A stretch of 64,000 bases of DNA from a bacterium UBP2_UBA2255. GTDB taxonomy: Bacteria > Edwardsbacteria > AC1 > EtOH8. Of this stretch, positions 39,625 through 48,270 are shown piece by piece (position 1 is the stretch's first letter; every line of letters begins with the position of its first letter). The position numbers and the translations under genes were made by a program. The stretch is from NCBI GenBank assembly GCA_002347565.1, contig DDXR01000049.1, positions 42,302 through 106,301 of the forward strand. Direction: 5' to 3'. The notes beneath the pieces are model-generated. The model was not told where the DNA came from, made no database searches, and saw only the letters and a list, made by a program, of their open reading frames with translations.

Positions 39625-41385
39625 ATGAGGGCGTTGAAAACGATCGTCCTGCTGAGCGGCCAGCTGTGGACGTTGGCGGCCCCGGCGTCCATGGCGCATG
39701 CAGCCGAAGCTGATCGCCAGCCATCGGCGTTTGCAGCAACAGTGGCTGACAGCCGTCTGCCGGTGATGGTATATTTCACCGATAAGGGGATCCAGGGCAA
39801 AGGCGGGCTGCAGGCCGCGCTCGATGCCCGCCGGGCGCAATTCAGCGCGCGCGCCCTGAAACGCCGGGCCAAGATGGGTTTGGTGGGAATGACCTTCCAA
39901 GATCTCCCGGTGTGTGCCGCCTATGCGCAACAGATCGAAGCCCTGGGCGCGAGGCGCCGGCAGGCCTTGAACTGGTTCAACGCCGCCAGCTTCGAGATGA
40001 CCAAAGATCAGATCGCGGCCTGCGCCGGGTTTGTCTTTGTGGAGAGGATCGAGTTTTTAAGAAACCGCAGGCGCTCCGATATCACTGTACCCAAGCAGGG
40101 GGATGACATTCCGGCCGGGCCGGGCCCGGCCAAGGATCACCTGCTGAACTACGGCAACTCGCACGCCCAGCTGCACCTGATCAAGGCCGACGTCTGCCAC
40201 GATTCGGGCTACTCCGGCGCCGGCGTGCTGGTGGCGGTGCTCGACAACGGGTTCCGCAAGGATCACCAGGCGTTCGACTCGATCCGGATCTCAGGCCGGC
40301 TGATCGACACCTGGGACTTCGTCCATGGTGTTGACACCGTCGAATGGGCCGCCCACGGCACCGGCACCTGGTCGCTGGCCGGCGGGCACGTTCCGGGACA
40401 GCTGGTCGGACCGGCGTACCGGGCGCACTGGGCGATCTACCACACCGAGGACAATGCGCAGGAGATGCCGGTGGAGGAGGACCATTGGGCGGCGGCGCTG
40501 CAGCGGGCCGACTCCATCGGCGCCGACATCGTCACCAGCTCGCTGGGCTACCGCACGTTCGACGATCCGCAGTACTCCTACGACTACCAGGACCTGGACG
40601 GCAACACCGCCGTCAGCACCCTCGCGGCCCGCCATGCGGCGGCGCTGGGCATCATCGTCTGCAACGCCATGGCCAACAGCGGACCGTCGCTCGGCAGCCT
40701 GGCCGCGCCGGCCGACGCCGATTCCATCCTCTCGGTCGGGGCCACCGACTCGCTGGGCAATCTTTCCAGCTACAGCTCGCGCGGCCCGACTTACGACGGC
40801 CGGCCCAAGCCCGAGGTCTGCGCCCAGGGCTCGCAGACCTGGTGGGCGAGCTGGAACACCACCGCCTCATACGGACGGGCCACCGGCACCTCCTGCGCCA
40901 CGCCGCTGGTGGCCGGCGCCTGCGCCCTGGTGCTGGAGGCGCATCCCGAGTGGACGCCGCTGCAGGTAAGGGAGGCCCTGATGATGACCGCCAGCCGGGC
41001 GTCCAACCCGGATAGCTCGGCCTACGGCTGGGGCGTGATCGACGCCTGGGCGGCCATCCACTACGGTGGCAGCGGCGTGGGCCACGATCATCCCGGGATT
41101 ACGGCGAGTCCGGCGCTGTCGCTGTCCTGCCGGCCGAACCCGGCCCGGACGGGCACGGTGCTGAGCTTCGTGATGCCCAGAAGCGGGGAAGCATCCGTGT
41201 CGGTGTACGATATCGCCGGCCGGCTGGTGCGGGAGCTCCCCGCCGTCCGTCTTTCCGCGGGGCCGGGCGAGGTCCGCTGGGACGGCCGCGACCGGGCAGG
41301 GTACCCGGCCCGCAGCGGCGTCTATGTCTGCCGGATCGACGCCGCGGGCGCGGCGGCGGCGGCCAAGGTCCTGCTGCTGCGGTGA
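39625..41385 (+). CDS. secreted subtilisin-like serine peptidase (S8 family) with T9SS-type C-terminal sorting domain
   Basis: Signal peptide; catalytic triad contexts VAVLDNGF (Asp), HGTGTWS (His), ATGTSCATPLVAG (Ser); C-terminal ~80 aa beta-sandwich (PNPARTGTVLSF...VSVYDIAGRLVREL...GVYVCRI) resembling Por/T9SS secretion-signal domain. Confidence 0.8.
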   Translation: MRALKTIVLLSGQLWTLAAPASMAHAAEADRQPSAFAATVADSRLPVMVYFTDKGIQGKGGLQAALDARRAQFSARALKRRAKMGLVGMTFQDLPVCAAYAQQIEALGARRRQALNWFNAASFEMTKDQIAACAGFVFVERIEFLRNRRRSDITVPKQGDDIPAGPGPAKDHLLNYGNSHAQLHLIKADVCHDSGYSGAGVLVAVLDNGFRKDHQAFDSIRISGRLIDTWDFVHGVDTVEWAAHGTGTWSLAGGHVPGQLVGPAYRAHWAIYHTEDNAQEMPVEEDHWAAALQRADSIGADIVTSSLGYRTFDDPQYSYDYQDLDGNTAVSTLAARHAAALGIIVCNAMANSGPSLGSLAAPADADSILSVGATDSLGNLSSYSSRGPTYDGRPKPEVCAQGSQTWWASWNTTASYGRATGTSCATPLVAGACALVLEAHPEWTPLQVREALMMTASRASNPDSSAYGWGVIDAWAAIHYGGSGVGHDHPGITASPALSLSCRPNPARTGTVLSFVMPRSGEASVSVYDIAGRLVRELPAVRLSAGPGEVRWDGRDRAGYPARSGVYVCRIDAAGAAAAAKVLLLR

Positions 41386-41388
41386 CGG

Positions 41389-41814
41389 GTGACCGATCAC
41401 GATCAAGTTGTGACCACGCTGCCGGTCGTCATTGCGATCGCCCTCCTGCTCCTCTGTTGCGCAGGCGGAGCGACCTGCGGCGATCGTCAATCGGCCGATG
41501 CCGGCAGCGACACGCTGCGGCTCGACCTGGGCTGTGCCACGGCGCGGAGCCGCAGCCTGGTGCGGCTGCTGTCGCAGGACGGGATCGCGGTCACCGCCAT
41601 CGATATCGGCAGGTCCGGCGAGACTGCGGTCCGCGTGGCGATGACGGCGGAACGGTTCCGGTCGTTGTTCGGCGGCACGGTTGCTGCACGGAACGTCGCC
41701 CGCAGTTCGGGTGACGGCTTCGTCAGCCAGCGGTATATCGTGGGATACTCGGCCCCCCAGCGCTACCGGCGTGCACTGCGCTGGATCCGCCTGCCCGACC
41801 CGCAGCTGGAATGA
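41389..41814 (+). CDS. hypothetical lipoprotein
   Basis: Signal peptide with LLLCC lipobox-like sequence; no family recognised; GTG start 4 nt after peptidase stop. Confidence 0.45.
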   Translation: MTDHDQVVTTLPVVIAIALLLLCCAGGATCGDRQSADAGSDTLRLDLGCATARSRSLVRLLSQDGIAVTAIDIGRSGETAVRVAMTAERFRSLFGGTVAARNVARSSGDGFVSQRYIVGYSAPQRYRRALRWIRLPDPQLE

Positions 41815-41829
41815 CGCAGCGCCCGGCGA

Positions 41830-41862
41830 TAAAAAACCCCGATGATCGCTCATCGGGGTTTC
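41830..41862 (+). terminator. intrinsic terminator (AAAAAA-CCCCGATGA-TCGC-TCATCGGGG-TTT), potentially bidirectional
   Basis: 9-bp perfect stem flanked by A-run and short T-run. Confidence 0.6.
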
Positions 41863-41876
41863 CCAGTTGAGAACCG

Positions 41877-42056
41877 GGTGGCTAGCTCCGGGCCTAGGTG
41901 TTTCCAGAGTACCGGATACCGAAGCACCGTTTCTCCAGAGTCCCAAGTCACCGGATTCCGGGGTACCGGGGAAGGTACCACACTCCAACGTTAGGTTGAT
42001 TCACGGGTTGCCGTAACGACCAGTGTCCCACCAGTAGTACATTGGAGCTAGCCACC
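41877..42056 (+). ncRNA. candidate structured non-coding RNA (~180 nt) closed by a perfect 13-bp helix GGTGGCTAGCTCC / GGAGCTAGCCACC; identity unknown (6S-like size)
   Basis: Exact 13-nt inverted repeat 41877-41889 vs 42044-42056 enclosing a region with local hairpins (CCGGattCCGG, ACGGgttgCCGT); no ORF with RBS; lies between terminator and ispG; strand not established. Confidence 0.3.
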
Positions 42057-42193
42057 ATCCAATCGCATTATAGCCACGGATCGCCGCTTTGTCAAGTGGC
42101 ATTCGTCCGATTTTTCACTTTTTCCCTGCATCGCCGCCAACCTGTTCTATCTGTGAGTTTTCTGTTGCAAACCCGGTGCGGAAGGTCTATAAT

Positions 42194-43318
42194 ATGACGA
42201 TGAGTCGAAACGATGGGACCGTGCGCCGGCGCTCCGCGACCGTCCGGATCGGATCGGTGACCATCGGCGGCGGCCGGCCGGTGGCGATCCAGTCGATGGC
42301 CAGCACCGACACCAGGGATGTCCGGGCCACGCTGGCCCAGATCCGGCGCCTGCAGAGGGCCGGCTGCGAGATCGTCCGCCTGGCGGTGCCCGACCGCGCG
42401 GCCGCCGCCGCCCTGAAGCAGATCCGCGCGGGGACCGCGGTCCCCCTTGTTGCGGACATCCACTTCGATCACCGGCTGGCGCTGGCGGCGCTGGATGCCG
42501 GAGTGGACAAGCTGCGGATCAATCCCGGGAACATCGGGCCGATTGAAAATGTTCGAGAGGTTGTAAAGGCTGCAAAGGTTCGCAAGGTTCCAATTAGAAT
42601 AGGGGTCAATGCCGGGTCGCTGGAGCGGGACATCCTGCGCAAGCACGGGCGCCCGACCGCGGCCGGCATGGTGGAAAGCGCCCTGCGGCATGCCCGGATG
42701 CTGGAGCGGCTGGACTTTCGCGGCATCGTGCTGTCGCTCAAGGGCTCGGACGTGCCGATGACCATCGCCGCCTGCCGGCTGATCGCCGGGAAGGTCCCCT
42801 ATCCCCTGCACCTGGGCGTCACCGAGGCGGGGACGGCCTTCGCCGGTGCGGTGCGATCGGCAGTGGGCATCGGGACCCTGCTGGCCGAGGGCATCGGCGA
42901 CACCATCCGCGTGTCGCTGTGCGGCGACCCGGTCAGGGAAATGGAGGCCGCCAAGCTGATCCTGCAGTCGCTGGGCCTGCGCAGCTTCGGCCCGACCGTG
43001 ATCGCCTGCCCCACCTGCGGCCGCTGCAGCATTGACGTCGAGAAGATCGCCCGGCGCGTGGAAGCGGCGGTCAAAGGGATCGGGCGGCCGCTGAAGATCG
43101 CGGTGATGGGCTGCGCGGTCAACGGGCCGGGCGAGGCGCGGGAGGCCGACGTCGGCATCTGCGGCGGCCGGGGCCGCGGCGCGCTGATCCGCAGGGGGAG
43201 GGTCGTGGCGACGGTGCGGGAGCGGGAGCTGGTGCCGGCCCTGCTGCGGGAGATCGCGGCACTGTCCCGGGGACGCCGCGCGTCCCCGAAGAACCAGAAC
43301 CAACGAACGACGGGATAA
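42194..43318 (+). CDS. ispG: 4-hydroxy-3-methylbut-2-en-1-yl diphosphate synthase (flavodoxin)
   Basis: GcpE motifs (IQSM, RINPGNIG, CPTCGRC, VMGCAVNGPGEA); ORF extends upstream to 42089, ATG 42194 chosen. Confidence 0.9.
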   Translation: MTMSRNDGTVRRRSATVRIGSVTIGGGRPVAIQSMASTDTRDVRATLAQIRRLQRAGCEIVRLAVPDRAAAAALKQIRAGTAVPLVADIHFDHRLALAALDAGVDKLRINPGNIGPIENVREVVKAAKVRKVPIRIGVNAGSLERDILRKHGRPTAAGMVESALRHARMLERLDFRGIVLSLKGSDVPMTIAACRLIAGKVPYPLHLGVTEAGTAFAGAVRSAVGIGTLLAEGIGDTIRVSLCGDPVREMEAAKLILQSLGLRSFGPTVIACPTCGRCSIDVEKIARRVEAAVKGIGRPLKIAVMGCAVNGPGEAREADVGICGGRGRGALIRRGRVVATVRERELVPALLREIAALSRGRRASPKNQNQRTTG

Positions 43319-43324
43319 CGAACC

Positions 43325-44440
43325 ATGTTCAAGACCAACGAGGGCAGCACCGGCCGGCTGGTGCAGCTGTGCCTGGCCTACCTGTTGACGTACGTGGTCT
43401 ACAGCGTGGCCACCAAGTACTACACCGGACCGGCCGCCAGGGGGCTGCCCGGGGTGGACAACTGGGAGTTCCTGGTCTACAGCACATTGGGCGGCAGCCT
43501 GGTGTGCCTGGCGGTGGTGTCCGCCTTCCGCTGGGCGCGGATGGAGTCGGCCAACATGATCGCCTGGGGCCCGGTCAGGTTCCCCGCGGAATACCTCTAC
43601 ATCATCCCGTCGGGCATCTGCACCGCGGTGGTCATTCCCACCACCACCCTGCTCTACATGCTGCTGCGCTCGGTGATGGTGGCCATGCTGATCATGCGCG
43701 GTTCGGTGATCATCTTCTCACGGATCATCGACGCCATCCAGATCAGGCAGGGCATCCTCCACAAGAAGGTCTACTGGGAGGAGGAGGTGGCGGTGCTGTT
43801 CGCCATCGCCGCGGTCGGGCTGCAGATGTTCTTCGTCAAGGAGGCCGGGGGCAGCGACCTCGTCAAGAACACACTGGCCATGCTGGTGCTGGGGAGCTAC
43901 CTGCTGGCCTATTTCATCCGCATCTACATCATGAACTACTACAAGAACACCCGGGGCAAGGGATGCCGGCAGGACAACAAGGCCTTCTTCGGCGTGGAGC
44001 AGCTGGCGGCATCGGCCACCATCCTGCTGGCGCTGGCGGCGCTGCTGCTGCTGCCCGCGGGTTCCGGCAAGGTCCTGGATTCGCTGCACCGCGGCTACCT
44101 GGCGGCCTCGGCCCACTGGCCGATGGTGGTGGCGTCCGGCGGCGTGTTCGGCGTCGTGGCGTTCTTCTCGGTGTTCATATTCATGTTCAAGGGGCGGACC
44201 GCCACGTTCGCCGGGCTGTCCAACCGGCTGACCTCGCTGGTGGCCGGCACCCTGGCCACCCTGCTGTTCGCGCTGTTCTTCGGGGGCAAGTATCCCCAGG
44301 CCGGGGACTGGGTGGCGCTGGTGTTCATCTTCGCCGCCGTGGCTTTCATGACCAGGGCCGAGTCCAAGCGGGCGGCGGAGCTCAAGCGCGAGGGCGATAT
44401 CTGCGGCCCGGAGAATCCGGCGGCGCCGGCCAAGGCGTGA
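43325..44440 (+). CDS. hypothetical polytopic membrane protein (~10 TM helices)
   Basis: Hydrophobic segments throughout; no family recognised. Confidence 0.5.
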   Translation: MFKTNEGSTGRLVQLCLAYLLTYVVYSVATKYYTGPAARGLPGVDNWEFLVYSTLGGSLVCLAVVSAFRWARMESANMIAWGPVRFPAEYLYIIPSGICTAVVIPTTTLLYMLLRSVMVAMLIMRGSVIIFSRIIDAIQIRQGILHKKVYWEEEVAVLFAIAAVGLQMFFVKEAGGSDLVKNTLAMLVLGSYLLAYFIRIYIMNYYKNTRGKGCRQDNKAFFGVEQLAASATILLALAALLLLPAGSGKVLDSLHRGYLAASAHWPMVVASGGVFGVVAFFSVFIFMFKGRTATFAGLSNRLTSLVAGTLATLLFALFFGGKYPQAGDWVALVFIFAAVAFMTRAESKRAAELKREGDICGPENPAAPAKA

Positions 44441-44677
44441 CCCCGCCCCCGCCGTTCCGGGAACGCGCCCCCTCCCCTGAGCAAAACAGGAGAGGGGGTC
44501 GTCGTCAGGCAAGGCCGCAAGCCGTCATGGTCTTGCCGCCGCAACCCTGTGACGTACGCGCCCCGGTCCCGGTTACTGGGAATCACCAGGGCCATAAGAT
44601 TGCAGCACACGGGGTAGCCGCTGCCAGGGTCGCCCGTCGCGAACGCCGGGTCATTGCATTTCCTGAAAAGGTTTTAG

Positions 44678-44706
44678 TTGAATTGTTCGGCGATTTCGTG
44701 TAAAAT
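44678..44706 (+). promoter_or_regulatory. sigma70-like promoter TTGAAT-17nt-TAAAAT upstream of birA-coaX
   Basis: TTGAAT 44678-44683, TAAAAT 44701-44706. Confidence 0.4.
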
Positions 44707-44741
44707 ACTACGTTCACAAGCGTTACCCCTTATGCCAGGCC

Positions 44742-45527
44742 ATGAAGTTCCTGCAGATCGACTATATCACGGAAAACCTCCACACCCGGTCCATCGGAAA
44801 GAAACTGACCTATTTCGAGCGGCTGGACTCGACCAGCGCCAGGCTTTCCGCGCTGGCCGCCGATGGCGCCGCCGAGGGGACGGTGATCATCGCCGAGCAG
44901 CAGACGGCGGGCCGGGGCCGCACGGGCAGCGCCTGGTACTCGCCCCCCGGCGCCGGCCTGTACTTCTCCGTCCTGCTGCGGCCGGGGCTGCCGCTGATCA
45001 AGCTGTCCGGGTTGACCCTGGCGCTCGGCCACGCCGCGGCCACGGCCGTCGAGGCGGCCGCCGGCGCCGTGATCCAGGTCAAGTGGCCCAACGACCTCTA
45101 CTGCAACGGGCGCAAGTGCGGGGGCATCCTGGCCGAGGCCGGCGCCGGCGACGGGCCGCCGGTCGTGGCCGGGATCGGCATCAACGTCAACAACGACTTC
45201 CTGCCGCTCGAGCTCTGCGAGAGCGCGACCTCGCTGCGGCTGGAAACGGGCCAGTCGGTGTTCCGCGAGGGGCTGCTGGTGGCGCTGCTGGCCGCGATCG
45301 AGCGCGACTACGGCCTGTTCCGCAGCGACGGGCTGGCGCCGTTCCTGGAGCCGCTGCAGGCGAGGTCCTTGCTGGCCGGCCGCCGGGTGGTGGTCGAGGG
45401 CGAGGGCGGGGTCGCGGCCGCCGGCGTGGCGACCAGGTTCGACGGCCATGGCGCGCTGCTGCTGATCAATGAAAAGGGGGAGACGATGCGAATGACATCC
45501 GGCACCGTGCGGGAGGTCGGCGAATGA
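44742..45527 (+). CDS. birA: biotin--[acetyl-CoA-carboxylase] ligase (group I, no HTH domain)
   Basis: GRGRTGSAWYSP biotin-binding loop motif (GRGRxG), C-terminal SH3-like domain. Confidence 0.85.
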   Translation: MKFLQIDYITENLHTRSIGKKLTYFERLDSTSARLSALAADGAAEGTVIIAEQQTAGRGRTGSAWYSPPGAGLYFSVLLRPGLPLIKLSGLTLALGHAAATAVEAAAGAVIQVKWPNDLYCNGRKCGGILAEAGAGDGPPVVAGIGINVNNDFLPLELCESATSLRLETGQSVFREGLLVALLAAIERDYGLFRSDGLAPFLEPLQARSLLAGRRVVVEGEGGVAAAGVATRFDGHGALLLINEKGETMRMTSGTVREVGE

Positions 45528-46288
45528 ACCTGTGCCTCGACATCGGCAACACCAAGGTCGCCATGGCGGTGTTCTCCGGCGACAAACTGATCCGCCAGTC
45601 GCGGATGGAGCACGGCGGGTCGCTGACCCACGAGGCCTTCTTCAGCTACATGGAGAAGGTGATCGGGGTGCGGTCCATCAAGAAGGCGGCGCTGATCTCG
45701 GTCGTGCCCGAGATGACCAAGATCGTCAGCGGGGTGGTGCGGGAGCTGCTGGCCGTCAATCCGCTGGTGATCCATTCGCGCCTGCTGCCGGGGTTCAAGA
45801 TCGGGTACCGCAGGCCCGACCAGCTGGGCGCGGACCGAATGATGAACGCCTTCGCCGCCTGGAAGCTGTACCGCGGGCCGGCCCTGGTGGCCGACATCGG
45901 CACCGCGGTCACCTGGGACGTCGTCGACGCCCGGGGCGTGTTCCGGGGCGGGGCCATCGCGCCGGGGCCCGGACTGATGATCAGGGCGCTGGCCGAGCGG
46001 ACCGCGCAGGTCAAGGAGGTCGCGTTGCGCAAAACGCCGCCGGCCGCCGGGCGCGACACTGCCGAGTGCGTCCGCTCGGGCGTGTACTGGGGCACGGTCG
46101 GGATGATCGAGGACCTGGCCCGGCGCATCTCCGCCGAGCTGGGCATCAGGCCCCGGCTGGTGCTGACCGGGGGGCTGGGCCCGCTGTACTCGCCGGCGCT
46201 CAAGGGCTGGACCCACGACCCGCTGCTGTCGCTGAAGGGGATCAACGCCGTGCTGGCGGGGATAGAGATCAGGGAGAAGAAACGATGA
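45524..46288 (+). CDS. coaX: type III pantothenate kinase
   Basis: LCLDIGNTK N-terminus, ADIGTAVT and GGL motifs of CoaX; ATGA overlap with birA. Confidence 0.85.
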   Translation: MNLCLDIGNTKVAMAVFSGDKLIRQSRMEHGGSLTHEAFFSYMEKVIGVRSIKKAALISVVPEMTKIVSGVVRELLAVNPLVIHSRLLPGFKIGYRRPDQLGADRMMNAFAAWKLYRGPALVADIGTAVTWDVVDARGVFRGGAIAPGPGLMIRALAERTAQVKEVALRKTPPAAGRDTAECVRSGVYWGTVGMIEDLARRISAELGIRPRLVLTGGLGPLYSPALKGWTHDPLLSLKGINAVLAGIEIREKKR

Positions 46289-46339
46289 CCCCGCGCTGCG
46301 CCGCCGCTGGTGCGGCAGCCGGAATGGACGGGACCGCCG

Positions 46340-47839
46340 ATGCCGTTTGACATCATCGTCAACGCGATGCCGGCGGAGACGCGGATCGCGGTGCTCGAGG
46401 ACGGGCTGCTGACCGAATTCTGGATGGACCGCGAGACCACCCGGGCGTCGGTGGGCGATATCTACAAGGGACGGGTGGAGAAGGTGCTGCCAGGCCTGCA
46501 AGCGGCCTTCGTCGACATCGGCACCGGCAAGAGCGGTTTCCTGTCCCTGGACGACGTCGCGTTCGACCCGGCGGACTTCGATGACGATGACGGCGGGAAG
46601 GCGAAACGGCCGCGCCGGCTGGAGCAGCTGCTCAAGGCCGGCCAGGAGATACTGGTCCAGGTCACCAAGGAGCCGATCTCGGCCAAGGGACCGCGGCTGA
46701 CCGCCCAGGTGTCGCTGCCGGGGCGGCTGTGCGTGCTGGTGCCGGCCGAGTCGGGCATCGGGGTGTCGCGCCGCATCGAGAACCGCGAGGAGAGGCGCCG
46801 GCTGAAGGAGGCGGTCCGCGGGCTGCTGCCGCCGGGTTGCGGCGCCATTGTCCGCACCGCGGCCCAGGGCGAGCCGGACAAGAAACTGAAGGTCGACCTT
46901 TCCTGGCTGGCCAAGGCCTGGGACGGCGTCGCCGGGGCCGCCAAGAAGGTCCGGGCGCCGGCGCGGGTCCACGCCCAGCCGCCGCTGGTGATCGGCCTGC
47001 TGCAGGACCTGGCGTCCTACGACATCAAGCGGGTGGTGGTGGACGACAAGGGGATGCAGAAGCTGCTCGCCGACCAGCTGGGGAAGACCGATCCCGACCT
47101 CAGGCGCAAACTGCAGCTGCACAAGGGCGACCGGCCGGTGTTCGAGGCCTACGATGTCGAGGGCCAGCTGGAGAAGGCCGTGCAGCGCAAGGTCTGGCTC
47201 AAGGGCGGCGGCCACCTCACCATCGAGCAAACCGAGGCCCTGGCCGCCATCGACGTCAATTCCGGCAAGTTCGTCGGCCGCTCCAACCCCGAGGACACCG
47301 TGTTCAAGGTCAACCTGGTCGCGGCCCGCGAGGTGGCCCGCCAGGTCCGGCTGCGCGACATGGGCGGCATCATCGTGATCGACTTCATCGACATGGAGAA
47401 GCGCAGCCACCGCCAGGCCGTGGTCGACGAGTTCAAGAAGGCCCTCGCCAGCGACCGTTCCCGGCCCAAGGTGTACGACATCTCGCCGCTGGGCCTGGTG
47501 GAGATGAGCCGTAAGCGGGTGCGCCCCAGCCTGTGGCAGAGCCTGTCGCAGGAATGCCCCGCCTGCGGTGGCACCGGCCGGGTGCTGTCGCCGCTGACCA
47601 TGGCGCTCAAGCTGGAGCGATGGCTGGCCGGCCGGGGAGAGGGGCTGAAGCGGAGGAAGATCCAGATCGCGGTGAATCCGGCGTTCCTCGACCACTTGCG
47701 GGGCGACGGCGCCCACGTGATCAGCAACCTGCGGCGGCAGCAGCGGACCGAGGTGTACCTGGTGGCCGACAAGCAGCTGCCGATGTCCGAGTTCGCGGTG
47801 ACCGACCTGGACGGCGGGCAGCTGCTGACCGACCAGTGA
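46340..47839 (+). CDS. rng: ribonuclease E/G family endoribonuclease (Rng/CafA-like)
   Basis: S1 domain (GDIYKGRVEKVLPGLQAAFVDIG), DNase I-like and Zn-link (CPACGGTG) regions; ORF extends to 46310. Confidence 0.85.
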   Translation: MPFDIIVNAMPAETRIAVLEDGLLTEFWMDRETTRASVGDIYKGRVEKVLPGLQAAFVDIGTGKSGFLSLDDVAFDPADFDDDDGGKAKRPRRLEQLLKAGQEILVQVTKEPISAKGPRLTAQVSLPGRLCVLVPAESGIGVSRRIENREERRRLKEAVRGLLPPGCGAIVRTAAQGEPDKKLKVDLSWLAKAWDGVAGAAKKVRAPARVHAQPPLVIGLLQDLASYDIKRVVVDDKGMQKLLADQLGKTDPDLRRKLQLHKGDRPVFEAYDVEGQLEKAVQRKVWLKGGGHLTIEQTEALAAIDVNSGKFVGRSNPEDTVFKVNLVAAREVARQVRLRDMGGIIVIDFIDMEKRSHRQAVVDEFKKALASDRSRPKVYDISPLGLVEMSRKRVRPSLWQSLSQECPACGGTGRVLSPLTMALKLERWLAGRGEGLKRRKIQIAVNPAFLDHLRGDGAHVISNLRRQQRTEVYLVADKQLPMSEFAVTDLDGGQLLTDQ

Positions 47840-47984
47840 ACAGCCGCGGGGAACCGCGCGTTCGACTGATCGCGATCTCCGGCCGGTGGTTTTCAACGGT
47901 CAGCACCGAGTGGCGCGGGTGGCGCTGGCTGACCGGCGATCGGGGCGGAAAACAGGCTCGGCCGTTTATTTTCCCGGTTTGGGA

Positions 47985-48014
47985 TTGACAGCACCAGCGG
48001 TTTTACGTTACAAT
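47985..48014 (+). promoter_or_regulatory. sigma70-like promoter TTGACA-18nt-TACAAT upstream of tRNA-Leu
   Basis: TTGACA 47985-47990, TACAAT 48009-48014. Confidence 0.45.
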
Positions 48015-48077
48015 CATGCAGGGTTGAGGCATTCCGACAGGCTTGCAATTGAACGGGTTAGCAAATCGGGTCACTGT

Positions 48078-48164
48078 GCCGGGATGGTGGAATTTTGGTA
48101 GACACGTACGTTTGAGGTGCGTATGGCGCAAGCCATGTGGGTTCAAGTCCCACTCCCGGCACCA
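48078..48164 (+). tRNA. tRNA-Leu (anticodon GAG), class II with long variable arm
   Basis: Manual fold: 7-bp acceptor GCCGGGA/TCCCGGC, 3-bp D stem, anticodon stem TACGT/GCGTA with loop TTGAGGT (U33, G37), variable arm ATGGC-GCAA-GCCAT, T arm GTGGG-TTCAAGT-CCCAC, discriminator A, encoded CCA. Confidence 0.8.
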
Positions 48165-48270
48165 TGTCATCGGCCGCAGGCCAGGCTCTTGCCCATGCTC
48201 GGCCGCGCGCGAAACCCCCAGGGTTCGGCTCTTTCCCGGCCACTCCCGTCGTTAACCGCGAGATGATTCC

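Noticed and set aside
44441-44677. ~240-nt GC-rich non-coding stretch after the 10-TM protein gene considered as another sRNA
   Set aside because: It contains one imperfect hairpin (CCCTCCCCTG...CAGGAGAGGG) that can serve as the upstream terminator, but no promoter-like -35/-10 pair and no clear closing helix. Evidence is insufficient to call it.
48078-48164. Alternative isotype assignments for the tRNA (Ser, Tyr or Sec because of the long variable arm)
   Set aside because: The only 5-bp anticodon stem with a 7-nt loop places GAG at 34-36, with U33 and G37. The 3-bp D stem and the discriminator A fit Leu. The acceptor stem is 7 bp, not the 8 bp of tRNA-Sec.
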